From Chrysomallon squamiferum (Eukaryota; Animalia; Mollusca), in NCBI GenBank assembly GCA_012295275.1, contig CM022676.1:10478001-10542000 (forward strand): DNA of 64,000 nt. Direction: 5' to 3'. The notes beneath the pieces were generated by a model. That model saw only the letters and a list, made by a program, of their open reading frames with translations. It had not been told where the DNA came from and made no database searches. Made by a program: the position numbers and the translations under genes. Positions 43,611 to 59,232 of this stretch are shown piece after piece (position 1 is the first letter of the stretch; every line of letters starts with the position of its first letter).

Positions 43611-45010
43611 TGTATAAACAAACAAACAAATAAATAAAATTAAATACCGCTATCGTTTAAGTCTTGTACATTAAAAATAATTACTGTTCTGCAGAACATC
43701 AAACCATCATTAGTCTCTCTTTGGCGAGTTCATTAAATATTCATGACGTCATGCATATGTAACGGATAAAGACGCCCCACCCCCCTCTGTTAACAATTTT
43801 CATAGTTTACCACTGAAGTCGGGTTTTATTTAATTCGTTAGCGGACAGCCGTGAATTATTTATTTTTCTTTGACATGTGTAATGGACGCCCTTCGGTAAT
43901 TTCCGTGAGTTCATTACGTATTCATGACTTCATACGTACGTGAGGTGCAAGCCCAGAGCATATTTGGTGTTAACAGTGTTTACGTATTATTTAACACAGT
44001 CACGGGTTTTATTTAGTTTCTTAACCGTGATTTGTTACTATTATTATTATTATTATTAGTAGTAGTATTTTTTTATGTATTTATTTATTATTATCGTTTT
44101 TGTTCTGGAATTGAAAATTTGACACTTTTTATTTTTGAAAATTAACAGGAAATATTATTTTTTTCGAAATTCTTTTGAGAATGAAAATATATTTTATCAT
44201 CATCATAATCATCATAACATCATCATCTTCATAATTTAAATTATATATTACAGTCATGATTGTTTATTTGTTAGTTTATTCATATTATTAATGTTGTTGT
44301 TCTTCTTCTCATCATCATCATTATTGTTGTTGTTACTACTACTACTACTACTACGACAGCTATTGTTGTTGTTACTGCCATTGACAGATGTTTATTTTTA
44401 TTTTGTTTTTGTGTTTTTTTAATTTTAATTTGATTGATTACCGAAGCGAACAGCAAACGGGTAATAATTAATATGTAAATTTTAACACATTCAGGAAATG
44501 AGTCCAGGGTTTAGATAATAGCATAACCGCTGTGTAATCTATTCATTTTCAATATCACTTCTTCATTAAACAGGGTTTTTTTCTTCACAATTACTCTCTT
44601 TTCTTTTCCATAATTATTTATTAAAATAATTAACCTGATATCCCGATATTTATAACCATGATTCACCGCGGGCTACACGCCATTTTCTACAACACACAAT
44701 TCCATTACGTCATCAGTTTCGGTTGCCTTCGGAAACGACAAAATTGGAAACGATGTCTTTGGTTTTTATCTCATCACCGTGTTTCTGCATAAATAAATAT
44801 TAAAATGAAACAAAGACTCCCAAGGCTGAGCTATGATAATGCTCATATTTCAAATAAAAAGTAAATGACTTATTAAAATAATAATAAAAAAAATATATAA
44901 TATGAACTAATTATTTAGTTATTAAATAGTCTGTAAGGATTTCAAATGACTATAGTACTGTAATGTTCAAGGATATCTAATGTAATTATTTTAATATTGC
45001 TTATGTTATG

Positions 45011-45088
<78 letters not shown>

Positions 45089-45247
45089 GTCTGTCTGTCT
45101 GTCTGTCTGTATGTATGTGTATGATTTCAAAGATGAAATCCACTATATTAAATCCACAGTAATGAATTTTTTTATTATCTACTGTAATGGATAACTGGAA
45201 ATGGTCTTTTTATATTTTTGACATGTGTTAATACATACACATATACA

Positions 45248-45339
<92 letters not shown>

Positions 45340-45920
45340 TAAAAACAAAAACAAAAATAACCACTTTTTCTTTATTTTTATTTTTATATAAAACTGCAAT
45401 AAGGAAAACTAACCGGAACGCCGTTATTTTCATCTTCTTCTTTTTTTTTTTTTTTTTTTTTTCTTCTTTACTTTACAATTAAAAAGAAAATAAAGCAATT
45501 ACTCGGAAACAACGCTCACTATATTTACCGATACCGGAACTGTTTTTGGACAAACTGATTCATAGGAGGACGGTGTGGGAGAAATGAGTAATTATAAATT
45601 TAATTAAATAAACGGAAACGGATTCCCTTTTTTTAATCATTGCTTGTTTGTACGCCAGGGCGAACCTGCACTGGCTTGAAGAGGGTGGTTTGATAATCCG
45701 TTCAACTGCATCCATCGATAAGCAAATAAAACAGATATACTGGCACAAACATGCACACAGACAGACATACGCTAATATTTATTTATTTATTTTTCATGAC
45801 TATAAACAGACTGTCACATATTTCTCTCTCTCTATTATTACTTTGTCTGTGCATAATTAAAAAAAATAACTATTTGTCTGTTTGTCTGTCTCTCTCTTTG
45901 TCTGTATATCTATCTCCTTT

Positions 45921-46008
<88 letters not shown>

Positions 46009-46010
46009 AC

Positions 46011-46037
46011 CTACCATCTTCCTGATTTGATACCGTT
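46011..46037 (-). other. candidate small upstream exon containing a start codon (AAG ATG GTA G|gtgagt)
   Basis: tattcag acceptor, consensus donor, phase 1 compatible with exon 40181-40341; no independent support. Confidence 0.3.
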
Positions 46038-46661
46038 CTGAATAGACCATGGAGAAAACCACATTAGGTTATTAACCTCTTGCAATAAAACACGGCTGTT
46101 TAATTTACTTTTTTGTCAAATTAACGACGTCGGAAATTGGATCGTTTTGACTGTTTCCAGACGACTGGCGAACCGTCGTGTTCTTTGGAAATAGTTTCAA
46201 TGATGTTAGCGTGTCGAACAATGAGATAAAAATCAGTCTATTTAAACATGGCGCTTCCTCTTATTATTTTTTATTTATTTTTATTAAATCTCTTTATTAA
46301 TTATTTATAGATTTTTTTTTCTATAATAATAATAATAATAATAAATAAATAAATAAATAAATAACGAATAAAACATAAGAAACATGTTTCAAAACCAACA
46401 ACAAGAAATTTCCCCACCCCACGCGATCTATCCACCATCCATATTCTAACCCGCCCGTATATCGTAACAAAATGGGAGAAAAATTAGTTTTCTCGAAAAA
46501 GCTAATTCTGCACTGTTATCGTTTGCTGGCGGCAGACTCCGAAAATGGCCCTGAATCTGTATTGTTAATTTACTATTGATTGAAAATATTGGCTGCGTGA
46601 TTTAAAATAACCAGGTCTATTAATACTGTTTGAAGTTTCGTAGTTGTGTGGGTGTGAAAAG

Positions 46662-46748
<87 letters not shown>

Positions 46749-46807
46749 CTATACAAAATAGTGCTATTTTATAACTTTCTATTTTTCTCACAATACTTAT
46801 AACATAA

Positions 46808-46870
<63 letters not shown>

Positions 46871-47066
46871 AATATGCTTCATTTTTTACCCTGTCCTCTT
46901 TCCAAGTCTATTATTATTATTGTTGTTGTTGTTGTTGTTATTATTATTATTATTATTAATAGTAGTAGTAGTGGTAGTAGTAGTAATTTTGTTTTAGTAT
47001 TATTATTTTTTTTATTATTGTTGTTGTTGATATTATTATTAATTTTATTTTTTTTTTATTGTTTTA

Positions 47067-47128
<62 letters not shown>

Positions 47129-47656
47129 TGAAACATCTGTGGTTTTTTATTTTCTAAATAATCATACAATTAGGGTTTGTTACATACAATTTATTTTATT
47201 ACTTCATTACATTTAGATATTTTTTATTAATTAAATAAAATCAAGAAAATGACTGTTACGACATAAAAAAAAAAAAAAAAAAAAAATTCGATTACACGAT
47301 AAAATCCAACTAAGAAGTCGCTGCTATATCGGTTGCCATGACAACGGCATCATAATAAAAATATTTCCATACCTTTTTTTTTTCAAAAAACATATTTAAA
47401 GCATACTGTTAATGTATTATGCTTGTACAGTAGAAATTCTTTTGAAAATAGAATTTCGATCCCGTTTCAAGTCAAACCCGCCGTAACGACATTTCCGTTA
47501 TGAATCGGTTGCTAGGCAATCGAGGTTCTCGATTGTACACACTTGAGATAGTCTCTATAATCCGGAGACTATTTTAAGCCTCATTTTCAAAAGGAGGCAC
47601 TTCATCTGTCGAGTGGGGCACTTGTTAAAGTGAGTAGCTGGCGTAGTTTCGAGTGC

Positions 47657-47729
<73 letters not shown>

Positions 47730-47748
47730 TGTCTGTGTGTGTGTGTGT

Positions 47749-47787
<39 letters not shown>

Positions 47788-47830
47788 GGTGACTCACACA
47801 GAAAGACAGACAAAAAGGGTCGAGAGACAG

Positions 47831-47896
<66 letters not shown>

Positions 47897-49219
47897 AGAC
47901 AGAGAGAAAGAGAGAGAGAAAGAAAGAGAGAGAGAGAAGACAGAGAGAGAGAAGACAGAAATAGAGAGAGAAGAAAGAACATCATAGAAACAGTAAAAGT
48001 AAACATTATAGAAATAGCAATAAAAGTAATGCAGCAGTAGCAGTAGTAGTAGTAATTGTTTTAGGGGTAATAGTAGCAGTAATAGTAGTAATAGTAGTAC
48101 TACTGATAGTAGTCGTTGTAGTAGTAGTAATACTAGCAGTAGTAGCAGCACTAGTAGTAGTAGTAGTACTGATATAGGAGTAGCAATAGTAGAAACAAAC
48201 ATTAAGAAATCGTAGAAGCCTATTATTATTATTATTATTACAATTATCATCATCATCATTATCATTATTACACCATGCCATAGTCAACCAGAACCAGCCA
48301 ATCACCATTAACGTTTTTAACTGCCACCAACGAATCAAATAAAGTCTCTCATTACGGCTAACTGCGGTGTTAAATCTGTAGCGAAGTCAATATGGCTCGA
48401 CTCCAAGAAAGACATTTTCCTGTGGCTGCAGTTACAGACTCCATAATTGCTTAAAGAATTTCCCTACAGGACGTTTTCAGAAACTGGAACATCGGCATCG
48501 TTAAAGACAATTACTTCCACGAAGAAGAAAAAAAAAAAAAAAAAAAAAAAAGAGGTAATGTCGTTTCGTGGCGTGTTTTGTTTGAACTAACTAGTCCGAA
48601 ATGCGTGTTTGGTTTGTCTCTAACGATTCATTTCTTTCTTCTGCTTTTTTTTTTTTTTTTTTTTGAAGAAACACGATTCCAGCGAGATTTCTAACGGGTA
48701 TAAATCAATGTATATTATTATTATTATTATTATTTTTTTTTTATTTTTTTTTTTTTTTTTTTTTCATCTATCAAAATATACATTTTCCTTTTCTTTCGGA
48801 AAAAATTAAACCAAAAACTCGCTCTACACTGATACTGAAACAGTAATCTGCAGTTTTAAACAAGATGATTTCCTATCTCATTATCCGTATTACGTCATAA
48901 TGCAAGTGACGTCATTAAGCATTGTACGTACGCGGAGAAAATAACTCAAGTGCGTTGTCAAAAACATCATAGCTTTCTTTACACTGCAGAAGTAATGTTA
49001 GTTTAATCTGTAGCAGATAATGTTTTCTTAAGAGCTATTTATCCTTTCCGCAACCAAAGTGCCAGATGATGTCTATTTTTATTCTTTTTTTTTTTTCTTT
49101 TTAATTTCCTCTGGGAAACAAAGAGCATGTTTACCAAAGTTTTGTTTTGTTACCAGATTCGTTGTGGTTATTTTTAGACTCTGTAGGTTAGGGGGAAATA
49201 AGAAAGAAGTAATAATAAT

Positions 49220-49253
49220 AATAATAGTAGTAGTAGTAGTTGTAATAGTAGTA

Positions 49254-49290
<37 letters not shown>

Positions 49291-49368
49291 AAGTAGTAAT
49301 AGTAGCAGTAGTAGTAGTAATAGTAGTAGTAGTAGTAGTAGTAGTAGAAGTAGTAGTAGTAATAGTAA

Positions 49369-49418
<50 letters not shown>

Positions 49419-49419
49419 A

Positions 49420-49492
<73 letters not shown>
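49220..49492. repeat. (TAG)n microsatellite
   Basis: Direct reading. Confidence 0.95.
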
Positions 49493-49493
<1 letters not shown>

Positions 49494-50057
49494 AAAAGAA
49501 TCCTTGGTGCTGTATCTGTTATAACAAACAAATAAATAAATAAATACAGTAAGAAGAAGGGAAAAAAAAAGGAAAAGAAAAAGAATAATCAACATTAAAG
49601 TACTGGACGGAAATTAAAAACAGGGTATTCTATACGCAGAACACGAATAAAGCTGAAACTATTATACGTTGTGATTTTAATGAAATAATAACGTTCGAAA
49701 CAGGTTTTTGCTGTTAGTATGGTCTTTTATTACGAGTTCATCAATAAGGTTAACATTAAAATAATTGTGTTGCCATGGTAATATATCGGGTTTATATTTG
49801 TATGCAGAAAAAACATTTCATCTCTTCTGTTTGTAGTATTAGATGTGCAGCTGTAGTAGGAGTGGTAGGAGTTGTAGTTGTAGTAGTAATAGTGTTTGAT
49901 GTAGTGATAGTCGTAGAGGTAGCTGTTGTTAATAATAATAATAAGAAGAAGAAGAAGAAGAATGATGATGATGATGATGATGATAGTAATTATAATATAA
50001 TAATAACAATAATAATACTTGATAGTAATATTAATAATAGTAATAATGATGATGATG

Positions 50058-50186
<129 letters not shown>

Positions 50187-50427
50187 ACACACTGCAAATT
50201 GAAGGAACAGAGTATGCTATAGATTTTGTGCTGAGTATTTTTTGTATTTTTCTAATTAATAATCGTGCACAAATATTGATGCATCTTATCAGTGGACTGC
50301 AGAACAAGATAATTCTATTAGTCTACTGAAATATATCCCGTTCCAGACAGTGTTCTATTTTAGGACTAACAAAGGAGAATAGAATAAAGCAGTGGCTATT
50401 GGTTTTTTATAATTATTTGTGTATGTT

Positions 50428-50472
<45 letters not shown>

Positions 50473-51419
50473 CATACACACATATTCATACATATACATA
50501 TACATACACATATATATATATGCAGACACACTTACATACATACACACACAGACATACAGGCGTATACTACATAATTAGATAAATAACATCAATTTTGTCC
50601 CTCAGTACAATAAATATTCCTCTTTTTTTCTTTCGTTTCTTTCTTTTTTTCATGTTTAAGTAATATAATCAGTTCTTTCTTTCTTTCACTGTTTTTTCTT
50701 TCATTCGTTCATTTGTTCTTGATTTCTTCCTTCATTCAGTCTTACTTCATTAATTCTGTTCCGTACAATTTCATTTCTTTCCTGAATTTGTAGAGTAATT
50801 TTTTTTTTTTTTTTTTCAAGCATTCAATCTTTCATTTGTTCTCTATTATGTACAAATTTATTGCTTTTCTGAAATTGTTAAAATACAATTATTCTCTTGT
50901 ATCTCATTATTTCTTTATTTTTATTTCATTTTTCCGATTGTGGTTTTATTATTATTATTTCTTTTTTTTTTGAAATCTGTCAGAAAAATATTTATACATT
51001 TGATAGATGTTGAAATTAAGCAAGAAATGTTTATTATTTGTATTTTGAGATATGATGTATCAAAAGAATATAATACGTAAATCTATTTATAGATTGAATA
51101 TCCGTTGACAAATAGTCAGTGGTAATTTATTATTTCTGAGAAATGACGTATGATAAAAAAAACAACAAAAAAAAAATGTTAATTATTTATTAATATTTAT
51201 TGTTGAAATATGCCATTTATTTTATTTTCTAATTAGTCTTAATTCAAGACCCACATGTCAGTTATATCTAATATTCTTTAATAAGAAAAAATGCAGAAGG
51301 TAGCTTGAAGCATAATATAAATGCACACATACATACATACATACAAACATACATACATATACATATACATACATATATCCATATATCTATCTATCTATCT
51401 ATCTATCTATATCTCTCTC

Positions 51420-51459
<40 letters not shown>

Positions 51460-51535
51460 TACAGAGAGAGAGACACACAGAGAGACACACACACACAGAG
51501 AGAGACATACATACACACACACATATATATAAGGT

Positions 51536-51712
51536 TGTTCTGATGGCTGAACGGTAACATCATCCGTGTTCAGAGTGCCAGTGAATGGGTGTCATTTGTT
51601 CGAGTCTCGCCAGCGGCATCTGACGTATTTGTGAGGTCGTGATTGAACTTTGACCTCCTTCGCCAGTGCGTTCCCGAATATTGTCTATGTGTAGAGTCTA
51701 ATCAGACGTACA
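51536..51712 (+). mobile_element. tRNA-derived SINE-like element
   Basis: A box TGGCTGAACGG (51544) and B box GTTCGAGTC (51598) without a full cloverleaf, followed by a GC-richer body; 3' end approximate. Confidence 0.55.
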
Positions 51713-52609
51713 TAAGACAGAAAATATTCAAAAAAACTACAAACATATTGAGACTGTTATGATTACTAGAACTTACCGAACTGAGACAGACAAAAACTGT
51801 TTTTTATTCTTCAAACGTAATTTAACCATATTATAGTTTATTTTGGTTTTTTTTTACCAGTCTTTGATCTGTGTTTCTTTTTCTTTTTGAAATTCTCTTC
51901 ACATCTTCAATCTCGTTCTTAGTTCACACACACACACGCACACACACACGCACACACACACACACACACACACGAACGATCTTCTCTTTTTCGCCCGACA
52001 TCTTGGAACCGTTTCACTTTGAAATGTCTCCGACCTCGGGGTGGGGGGGAAGAAGAAGAGATGAAAAATTACAAAATCACACGTCGCCATCACCGCTCTG
52101 CGCTTGACGCCAACGCCGTCAGCAACACCGTCAGCAACGCCGTAGGAAAGCATTCAACACATTTCTTGAAAAAAGTTCCTCTCTTATACACGTTTTTTTT
52201 TTTTTTTGAAAATTTCTGGAATTTAAAATATAATTCTTTTTTTTTTTTTTTTTTTTTTTTTTATTTTAAAAAAAGGCCACGTAACTGAAATTACTGAAGA
52301 AATTCAAAAAAAAAATAATAATAAAAAAAAAAAAAAAAAAAAAAAAAGTTTTCTTGATTTCCACCAGCGATCTCTCACTGGGCCGCTAACGAGATATTGA
52401 CACGCGAGAGAGAGAGAGAGCGAGAAAGAGAGAGAGAATCTTTGATGAAAGTTCTATGTCTTCATTTAAATCGAAATCAGATTTTTAGCGCAGATTTCTA
52501 AATTAGCCATTAGCCAGATCATTATAAGGGTGGGTGGGTGGGTGGGTGGATGGGGGGGAATAATCAAGATGAACGCAGACAGAGAAAGGAAAAAGGAATT
52601 CCTGGATTT

Positions 52610-52744
52610 GATGTAGACGAGTTCTGAGATTTGAAAAGTGGAGTAGATTAGAAAAAAAATCCCTGTAGATTGATAAGATTGTAGATCAGACAGTGATATA
52701 AATTGGAAATAAGATGTAGATTAAGAAAAAAAAATTGTAGATTG

Positions 52745-52781
<37 letters not shown>

Positions 52782-53115
52782 GAGAGTAGATTAGAATTAT
52801 GATGTAGATTAAAAAGACACTAGATTATAAATAAGATATCGATTAGAAAAATGTTATACATTAGAAACAATATATAGATTAGATAAAGAGAATGTAGATT
52901 AAAAATAACATGTAGATTAGAAATAATAGAAATAATATGTATTAGAAATATGGTGTAGATTAGTAAGAGGTTGTGGATTACAAATAATACGAGATTAGAA
53001 ATAGTTTGTAGATTAGAAATTATATGTAGATTAGAAAGCGATAGTCGATTATAGATAACAGGGTAGATTAGAAAAAAAGTTGTAGATTAAAAATATGATA
53101 TACATGTAGATAGAT
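52610..53115. repeat. degenerate minisatellite with gtagattagaaa core (about 20 bp unit)
   Basis: Core motif recurs roughly 20 times. Confidence 0.75.
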
Positions 53116-54959
53116 TTACACCAGAGGCGTTAAAACTGAAAGTCGAGTCTCTATCATTTTAAAATTTATTTATTTATTTTTTATTTTTTTTTTTTTTTTT
53201 TTAATGTATACCCGTTTCATAAACAGTGAAACAAATTCTTTGTGCTAAAAATAGCCGCACTCTCTGTAGACACAATTAGCTCGTTGGTTACTTTTCACTG
53301 CGCGCGACCTCAAAAACAGTAATACCCCCGGCCCCGAAACATTCCACAACGAGGGGAGGGGGAGAGGGAGGGGGCTGTTTGGGGGTCGCTACTACTCCGG
53401 GTCATAGACAGATCCTTATCTCTGCGCACCAACAAGTCACGTGACGTAGAATTCATTTTTTTTTATTTTTTTTTTCAGGAACCGTTTATTATTAAGAAAA
53501 AATGTATCTGCTTCCCAGGCCATAACCGTAAATTCTGATCAAATGTTTGACTACGTAATGACGCGGAAACAGTTTTCGTGTGCGCTGAAGATTCGAGTTT
53601 TTTTTCACGCTGCATCGATTTTTGCCAATAAATCAATCACTCGGATAACCATAAATTATGTACGGAGATGCCGTTAATGAAAATTTGTCGAAACATACGT
53701 ATTACCGTCAAGAAAAAAAAAAAAAAAAAAACAAAAACAAATAAAATAAAATAAAAAATAAATAAAAATAATACGACTGTCGATTTCAGTTAATGTTTGA
53801 TGGTAATCTGGTTTATGATTGTGAATGAAACAATATCTTTCTCGATTATAATAAAAATTATATGTTTCTTCTATAAATAAAATTAGATACTGCGCAGTTA
53901 AATATAATTACATATTTTCACGAACGGATCAAGATTATTTCCAAGAGATCTTTGTTAGATTTGAGCGTAAACGTTTATCTGTGTTAAAAAGTGCTGCACC
54001 TATTTGTTTGAAGAAATAGACTATCTGTCTATCTGTCTGTCTGTTTGTCTGTTTCTCTGTCTGTATAGCCATACATCCATCGATTCATCCATGAAATTTA
54101 TCTTTCTGTCTATCTATCACTATCATTCTATCACTGTATATTGTTCATAACCTTTCTACTTTCTTTAATATTTTATATTTTTTTTTATATAATTATAAGT
54201 ATTATTATAATAATAATAATAATTATTATTATTATTATTGTTGTTGTTGTCATAATTATTATTATTATTAATATTGTTGTTGTTATTATTATTATTGTTG
54301 TTATTATTATTATTATTGTTGTTGTTTTTGTTTTTGTTGTTGTTGTTATTATTATTGTTGTTGTTGTTGTTGTTGTTATTATTCTAATTATTATTGTTGT
54401 TGATGTTTTGTTGTTATCTTAATGCGATGTACGTCTAAACATAACATTCCATCTTTTTTTTTTTTTTAAAATTTTAGATTTCCAGAAATTCTAGATTATT
54501 TTCTTATCACCCCCATCTTTGCTTGATCTGCATCCTGCATCAAATAAAAAATAAAAAAATAAATTTAAGAACTACGTAAAATTTATAAAGAAAATAAAAA
54601 GAAAAGGAAACAGAATGAACTAATCCTTGCTTCCTGTTGTATTAGTTTAGAAATAAATAAAAACCTAAAAAAAATTAAACAGGAAACGAACGAAAAAATA
54701 AAATAATAATAATAATTTAAAAAATCCTGTTTACTAGTCATTTTTAATGGAACGTATCAAAGGTTTTACTATTTGTTTTCTTTATTTTCTTATATATATT
54801 TGAGGTTTACAGGAATTTCTATTGGTTATGTCAGTGGGGAACAAGTAATGAAGAGTTTAGAGTGATTCGCATGTAAAATACTGAGTCACGAAGTCTTAGC
54901 GTCAAAATACATCATAACTTCAAGATGTCTGAAACATTTGTACAGATTTTACTGGGAAA

Positions 54960-55011
<52 letters not shown>

Positions 55012-55123
55012 TGTGTTTGTACATTTATAGGGTATATGTATATATATATATATGTATATATGTGTGTGTGTGTGTGTGTGAATGTACGTTTGTATGTATC
55101 TAAATATTGACAGATATTTGGAG

Positions 55124-55250
<127 letters not shown>

Positions 55251-55252
55251 CT

Positions 55253-55341
55253 CTGTACGTGTGTATGTACGTAAATGTGTGTAAGCCTGTGTTAGATATA
55301 TATTAATTTATATGTCTAAGAGATCCTGCACAGAGAAAATA

Positions 55342-55418
<77 letters not shown>

Positions 55419-56038
55419 GCGAGTGTATGTGTGTATAAATACACAGCCATCCATCTAACAATCTATCTGTATTTCAGTCCGACTGTTACATAGATAAACT
55501 ATTAACACAACACGTCTTTAACTTCACGCTTACAATTTTTTTTTCATTTTCTCTCTCGGACACGCTCTCACAGCCGAAGTTCTCGTATCACGTGACCGTT
55601 GTGGAAACGTCCGCCCAGACAAGTCAGATGAGTTGAAATTAGCACGCATTTGTCTCTCCACTGCGCAGCCCTGATTGCTTGCACGCGCTTGGAAATCAAT
55701 TGCAACTGACGGCGTCGCTCATTGGCTATTGTCGTCTTCACGTCTGCTCTCAAAGCCACTGACACGTCACGCGCAGTTCGCGTCAAACGAGTCGACGAAG
55801 GCCGACAAGTGGCGAAAATTCTGGAACTTCTCGAACTGGTCGGCTGGGAAATGTTGCCGTCTTCTGACAGGTGAGTTCGCTTTTTGTATCTCAGTTTAAG
55901 GTTATTGTTCGTTTGTTTGTTTGTTTGTTTGTGTATTTGTTTGTTATCATCATCGTCATCAGTTTATTTGTTTATTTTATTTATTCATTTATCATTATCT
56001 CATCATTATTATTATTGTTGTTGTTATTATTATTATTA

Positions 56039-56085
<47 letters not shown>

Positions 56086-56866
56086 GTCATCATTACCATT
56101 ATTATTATTATTATCATTATTATAACTATTGTTGTTGTTGTTGTTATTATTATTATTTTTTCATCATCGTTATTATTTTTATCATTATCGTCACCATCAT
56201 CATCATCATCATCATCATTATCATTATCGTCGTGAATACATTTTATCATTATTCATTACGTCATTACTATATTTTCCTTTGTTCCTTCTTTCATAATTTT
56301 ATTTTTTATTTATTTTATTTCATTTCCATTTATATTACTTCAGTTTGTAAATTTTGTTTTCTTCTAAAAATGTTTTCAGACATAGCAGTCGTTTTTCGAT
56401 GATGTTTGTTTAATTTTATTTATTCCAGAATGAACATTTATTTGATTTTATTTCGATGCATTTTTAAAACATACAGGTTGTCACAACGGTCGGAATAATA
56501 AGTCTTTAAAAAGCTGTAAATAAACAGTTTTAATGATCTGTCTACTCCTTGCGACAGCCCAATACATCTATTTCCCGTTCCGACCACTTGTTCACACTAT
56601 TTTCTTACCTGTCAGTAGAGTGGTCTGGAGTGGTAACTAAATATGTCTTCTTTTCTATCGTTATTACGACCGGGTTACGACCGGGTTACGATCAGGTTAC
56701 GTTTAGACGTAACTTGAAACGATATTTTTCAGTAAATCAAGTTTCATTTGTTTGCTTGTGACATATTACTCAGTGGTGTTGTTGTTGTTGTTATTGTTAT
56801 TATTATTATTTTACTTCTACTGTAACACAGTATTATCAGAAATCATGATTTTATTTATCCAGTTTT

Positions 56867-56939
<73 letters not shown>

Positions 56940-57258
56940 TATCGTGTACGAAACGGTTGTCTATCAGAATTGACGTAACTAAGGGAATACACTGAATATA
57001 AAATAACTATATTATACTAAAACAAATATTCCCTGATAAAGATAAAAAAAAAAGATTTGCATTTTCATTTTGTCTATTTTATCACGCTACTTCATGAAAA
57101 TCCTTGATAACGTTTTGTTTATAGTTGACTGTCAAAAACACAGAAAATTTTTCACACAGCTTTCATTAAAACAACAACAACAACAACAAAAAAATAATAA
57201 TAATAATAAGAAGAAGAAGAAGAAGAATTAAATAATACACCAAACACACGCTGCAAAT
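55253..57258 (+). repeat. segmental duplication copy 1
   Basis: Near-identical to 62106-64000; offset 6847 bp at the GC-rich core. Confidence 0.95.
55560..55876 (+). promoter_or_regulatory. putative promoter + first exon (copy 1)
   Basis: CpG-rich island with CACGTG and ATTGG motifs, ending CTGACAG|GTGAGT (donor 55871); ATG at 55851 gives MLPSSD. Confidence 0.45.
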
Positions 57259-57496
57259 TTAATAAAGCATGACAGGTTTTCGATTGTTTACTAAGTGCAC
57301 GCGCACATGACGTAGATAACTCAGTTAATAACTCAGTAGATAACTCAGTTAATGGTGAACGTACACGATGCGGCTATGACGTCCAAAGACACTGGACGCC
57401 AGTTTGGCTTTAACCATTGAGATGTAGCACAGTTGAAAGAAAACACATTTCTAAGACCTGCCAAAATGAGGCAACGAGATACATGCTTAGCATAGT

Positions 57497-57575
<79 letters not shown>

Positions 57576-58029
57576 CATTTGTTGCTTTGTTACGTCATAG
57601 TTGCTTTGTTGCTTTGTTACGTCATTGTTACGGCAAATCGAAATAGTACGATGACGTCATCAGAGCGTCAGGTCTTTTTTCCCCTGTTATATGGTGAATG
57701 ACTTAGTAGCTCTATATTCAGAAATGATGGTGATGATGATACTGATGATCATGATAATTATGAATATGATGACAATAGGCTAATAATAACAATAATAATA
57801 ATAATTATAATAAAAATGCTATTATTTTGTCAGGAAGGAAAAATTACAAGGATATACTCTGACAAAAAAATAAAATGTTGAATGTGATTTAAAATAGTTT
57901 TAAATCATTTTAGTTTACAGTTCACATCCAATGATGATAAAATTAGCAACAAGAGATTGTGTATCCGTCCCTTCCCGTAAACAGTAAAAAAAACAACAAC
58001 AACAACATAACATATCCTTTAATAAACTA

Positions 58030-58087
58030 AACGGTAGCGCTTCTGACCGCAAATCAGAAGGTTGCGTGTTGGAATTACGTCGGGGTC
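58030..58087 (+). pseudogene. 5'-truncated, degenerate tRNA-Trp pseudogene
   Basis: aacggtagcgcttctgaccgcaaatcagaaggttgcgtgttggaattacgtcggggtc; lacks the 5' acceptor strand; anticodon loop and B box mutated. Confidence 0.85.
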
Positions 58088-58845
58088 CCTATAATTTTAA
58101 ATGAATCTAAATAGAAACAAAACCCTGACAGTACTCTGCCGGGATTTGATCCTTTAGTCCACCACGCTTGAGACCAGCTTTCTAACAGTCAGTAACAAAC
58201 AAAAAAACAAAACAACAACAGTGTAGTAATATGATAGGGGAAACAACTAAACTAGAGACATTAGTAGCACGGTATGCAAATACAAAAGCAACCCGAGGTA
58301 TGGGCTCGTAGATGAGAATCTGTATAGTAATTGAAAACGAGAAACGTGTGGCAGATTTTCGCGATGAATAAAACCAGCACAGCGCGTTCTCGGCCAGTGA
58401 CTAATTCAGACTTCCCCGTCGTTTCAGGATGATTGCCTTGTCTCCACAACAACAAACACTCGATCGTAGTAGATAAGCTTCATTTCCCGTTCTACTCATT
58501 GCTCTTGAACTGAAGCGTGTGTAAACGTACTGTGTCGCTGGTTTAATGAGTTATGTATGCAGTGTATGTGATTCCAGACTGCTGATGATATACTGTCTGT
58601 CTGTCTGTTTGTCTGAACGTCTCTGTGAGTTTCTTGGTAATATTCGTGGTTTGGGTGTCTGCCCTCTCCACTCTGTATAACCGGTCTATCTATCTGTCTG
58701 TCTGTTTGTCTGTATTGTTGTCTGGTGTTTTTTTTCTTTCTTTCTATCGATCTATTTTTCTATCTTCTGTCCGCTTCTCTGTCTACCTACCTTTCTTCTT
58801 TCTTTCTATTGGCCCAATTTCCTTCCAGTTTGTCTGCCTTTCTAT

Positions 58846-58889
<44 letters not shown>

Positions 58890-59130
58890 AATTATATCCA
58901 CATTTATTTAACTACATAATATTATAAATAATCTATTATATATCTATTATATATATGTATATATGTATGTATATATATATATATATTTATATCTGTATAT
59001 TTATTTATCATTCTATATATATACATGTATATATCGATAGATATAAAGAAAGACACACACTATGTTCATAAAAAGATAGACACACATTATATACATAGAA
59101 AGATAGATAGAATGACAGATGGAAAGACAG

Positions 59131-59232
<102 letters not shown>

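Noticed and set aside
52085-52165. Minus-strand frame CFPTALLTVLLTALASSAE resembling a signal peptide
   Set aside because: No in-frame ATG or compatible splice phase; it derives from a short gttgctgacgg repeat
58261-58520. GC-richer block that might be an exon or ncRNA
   Set aside because: No recognisable domain, structure or consistent splice sites
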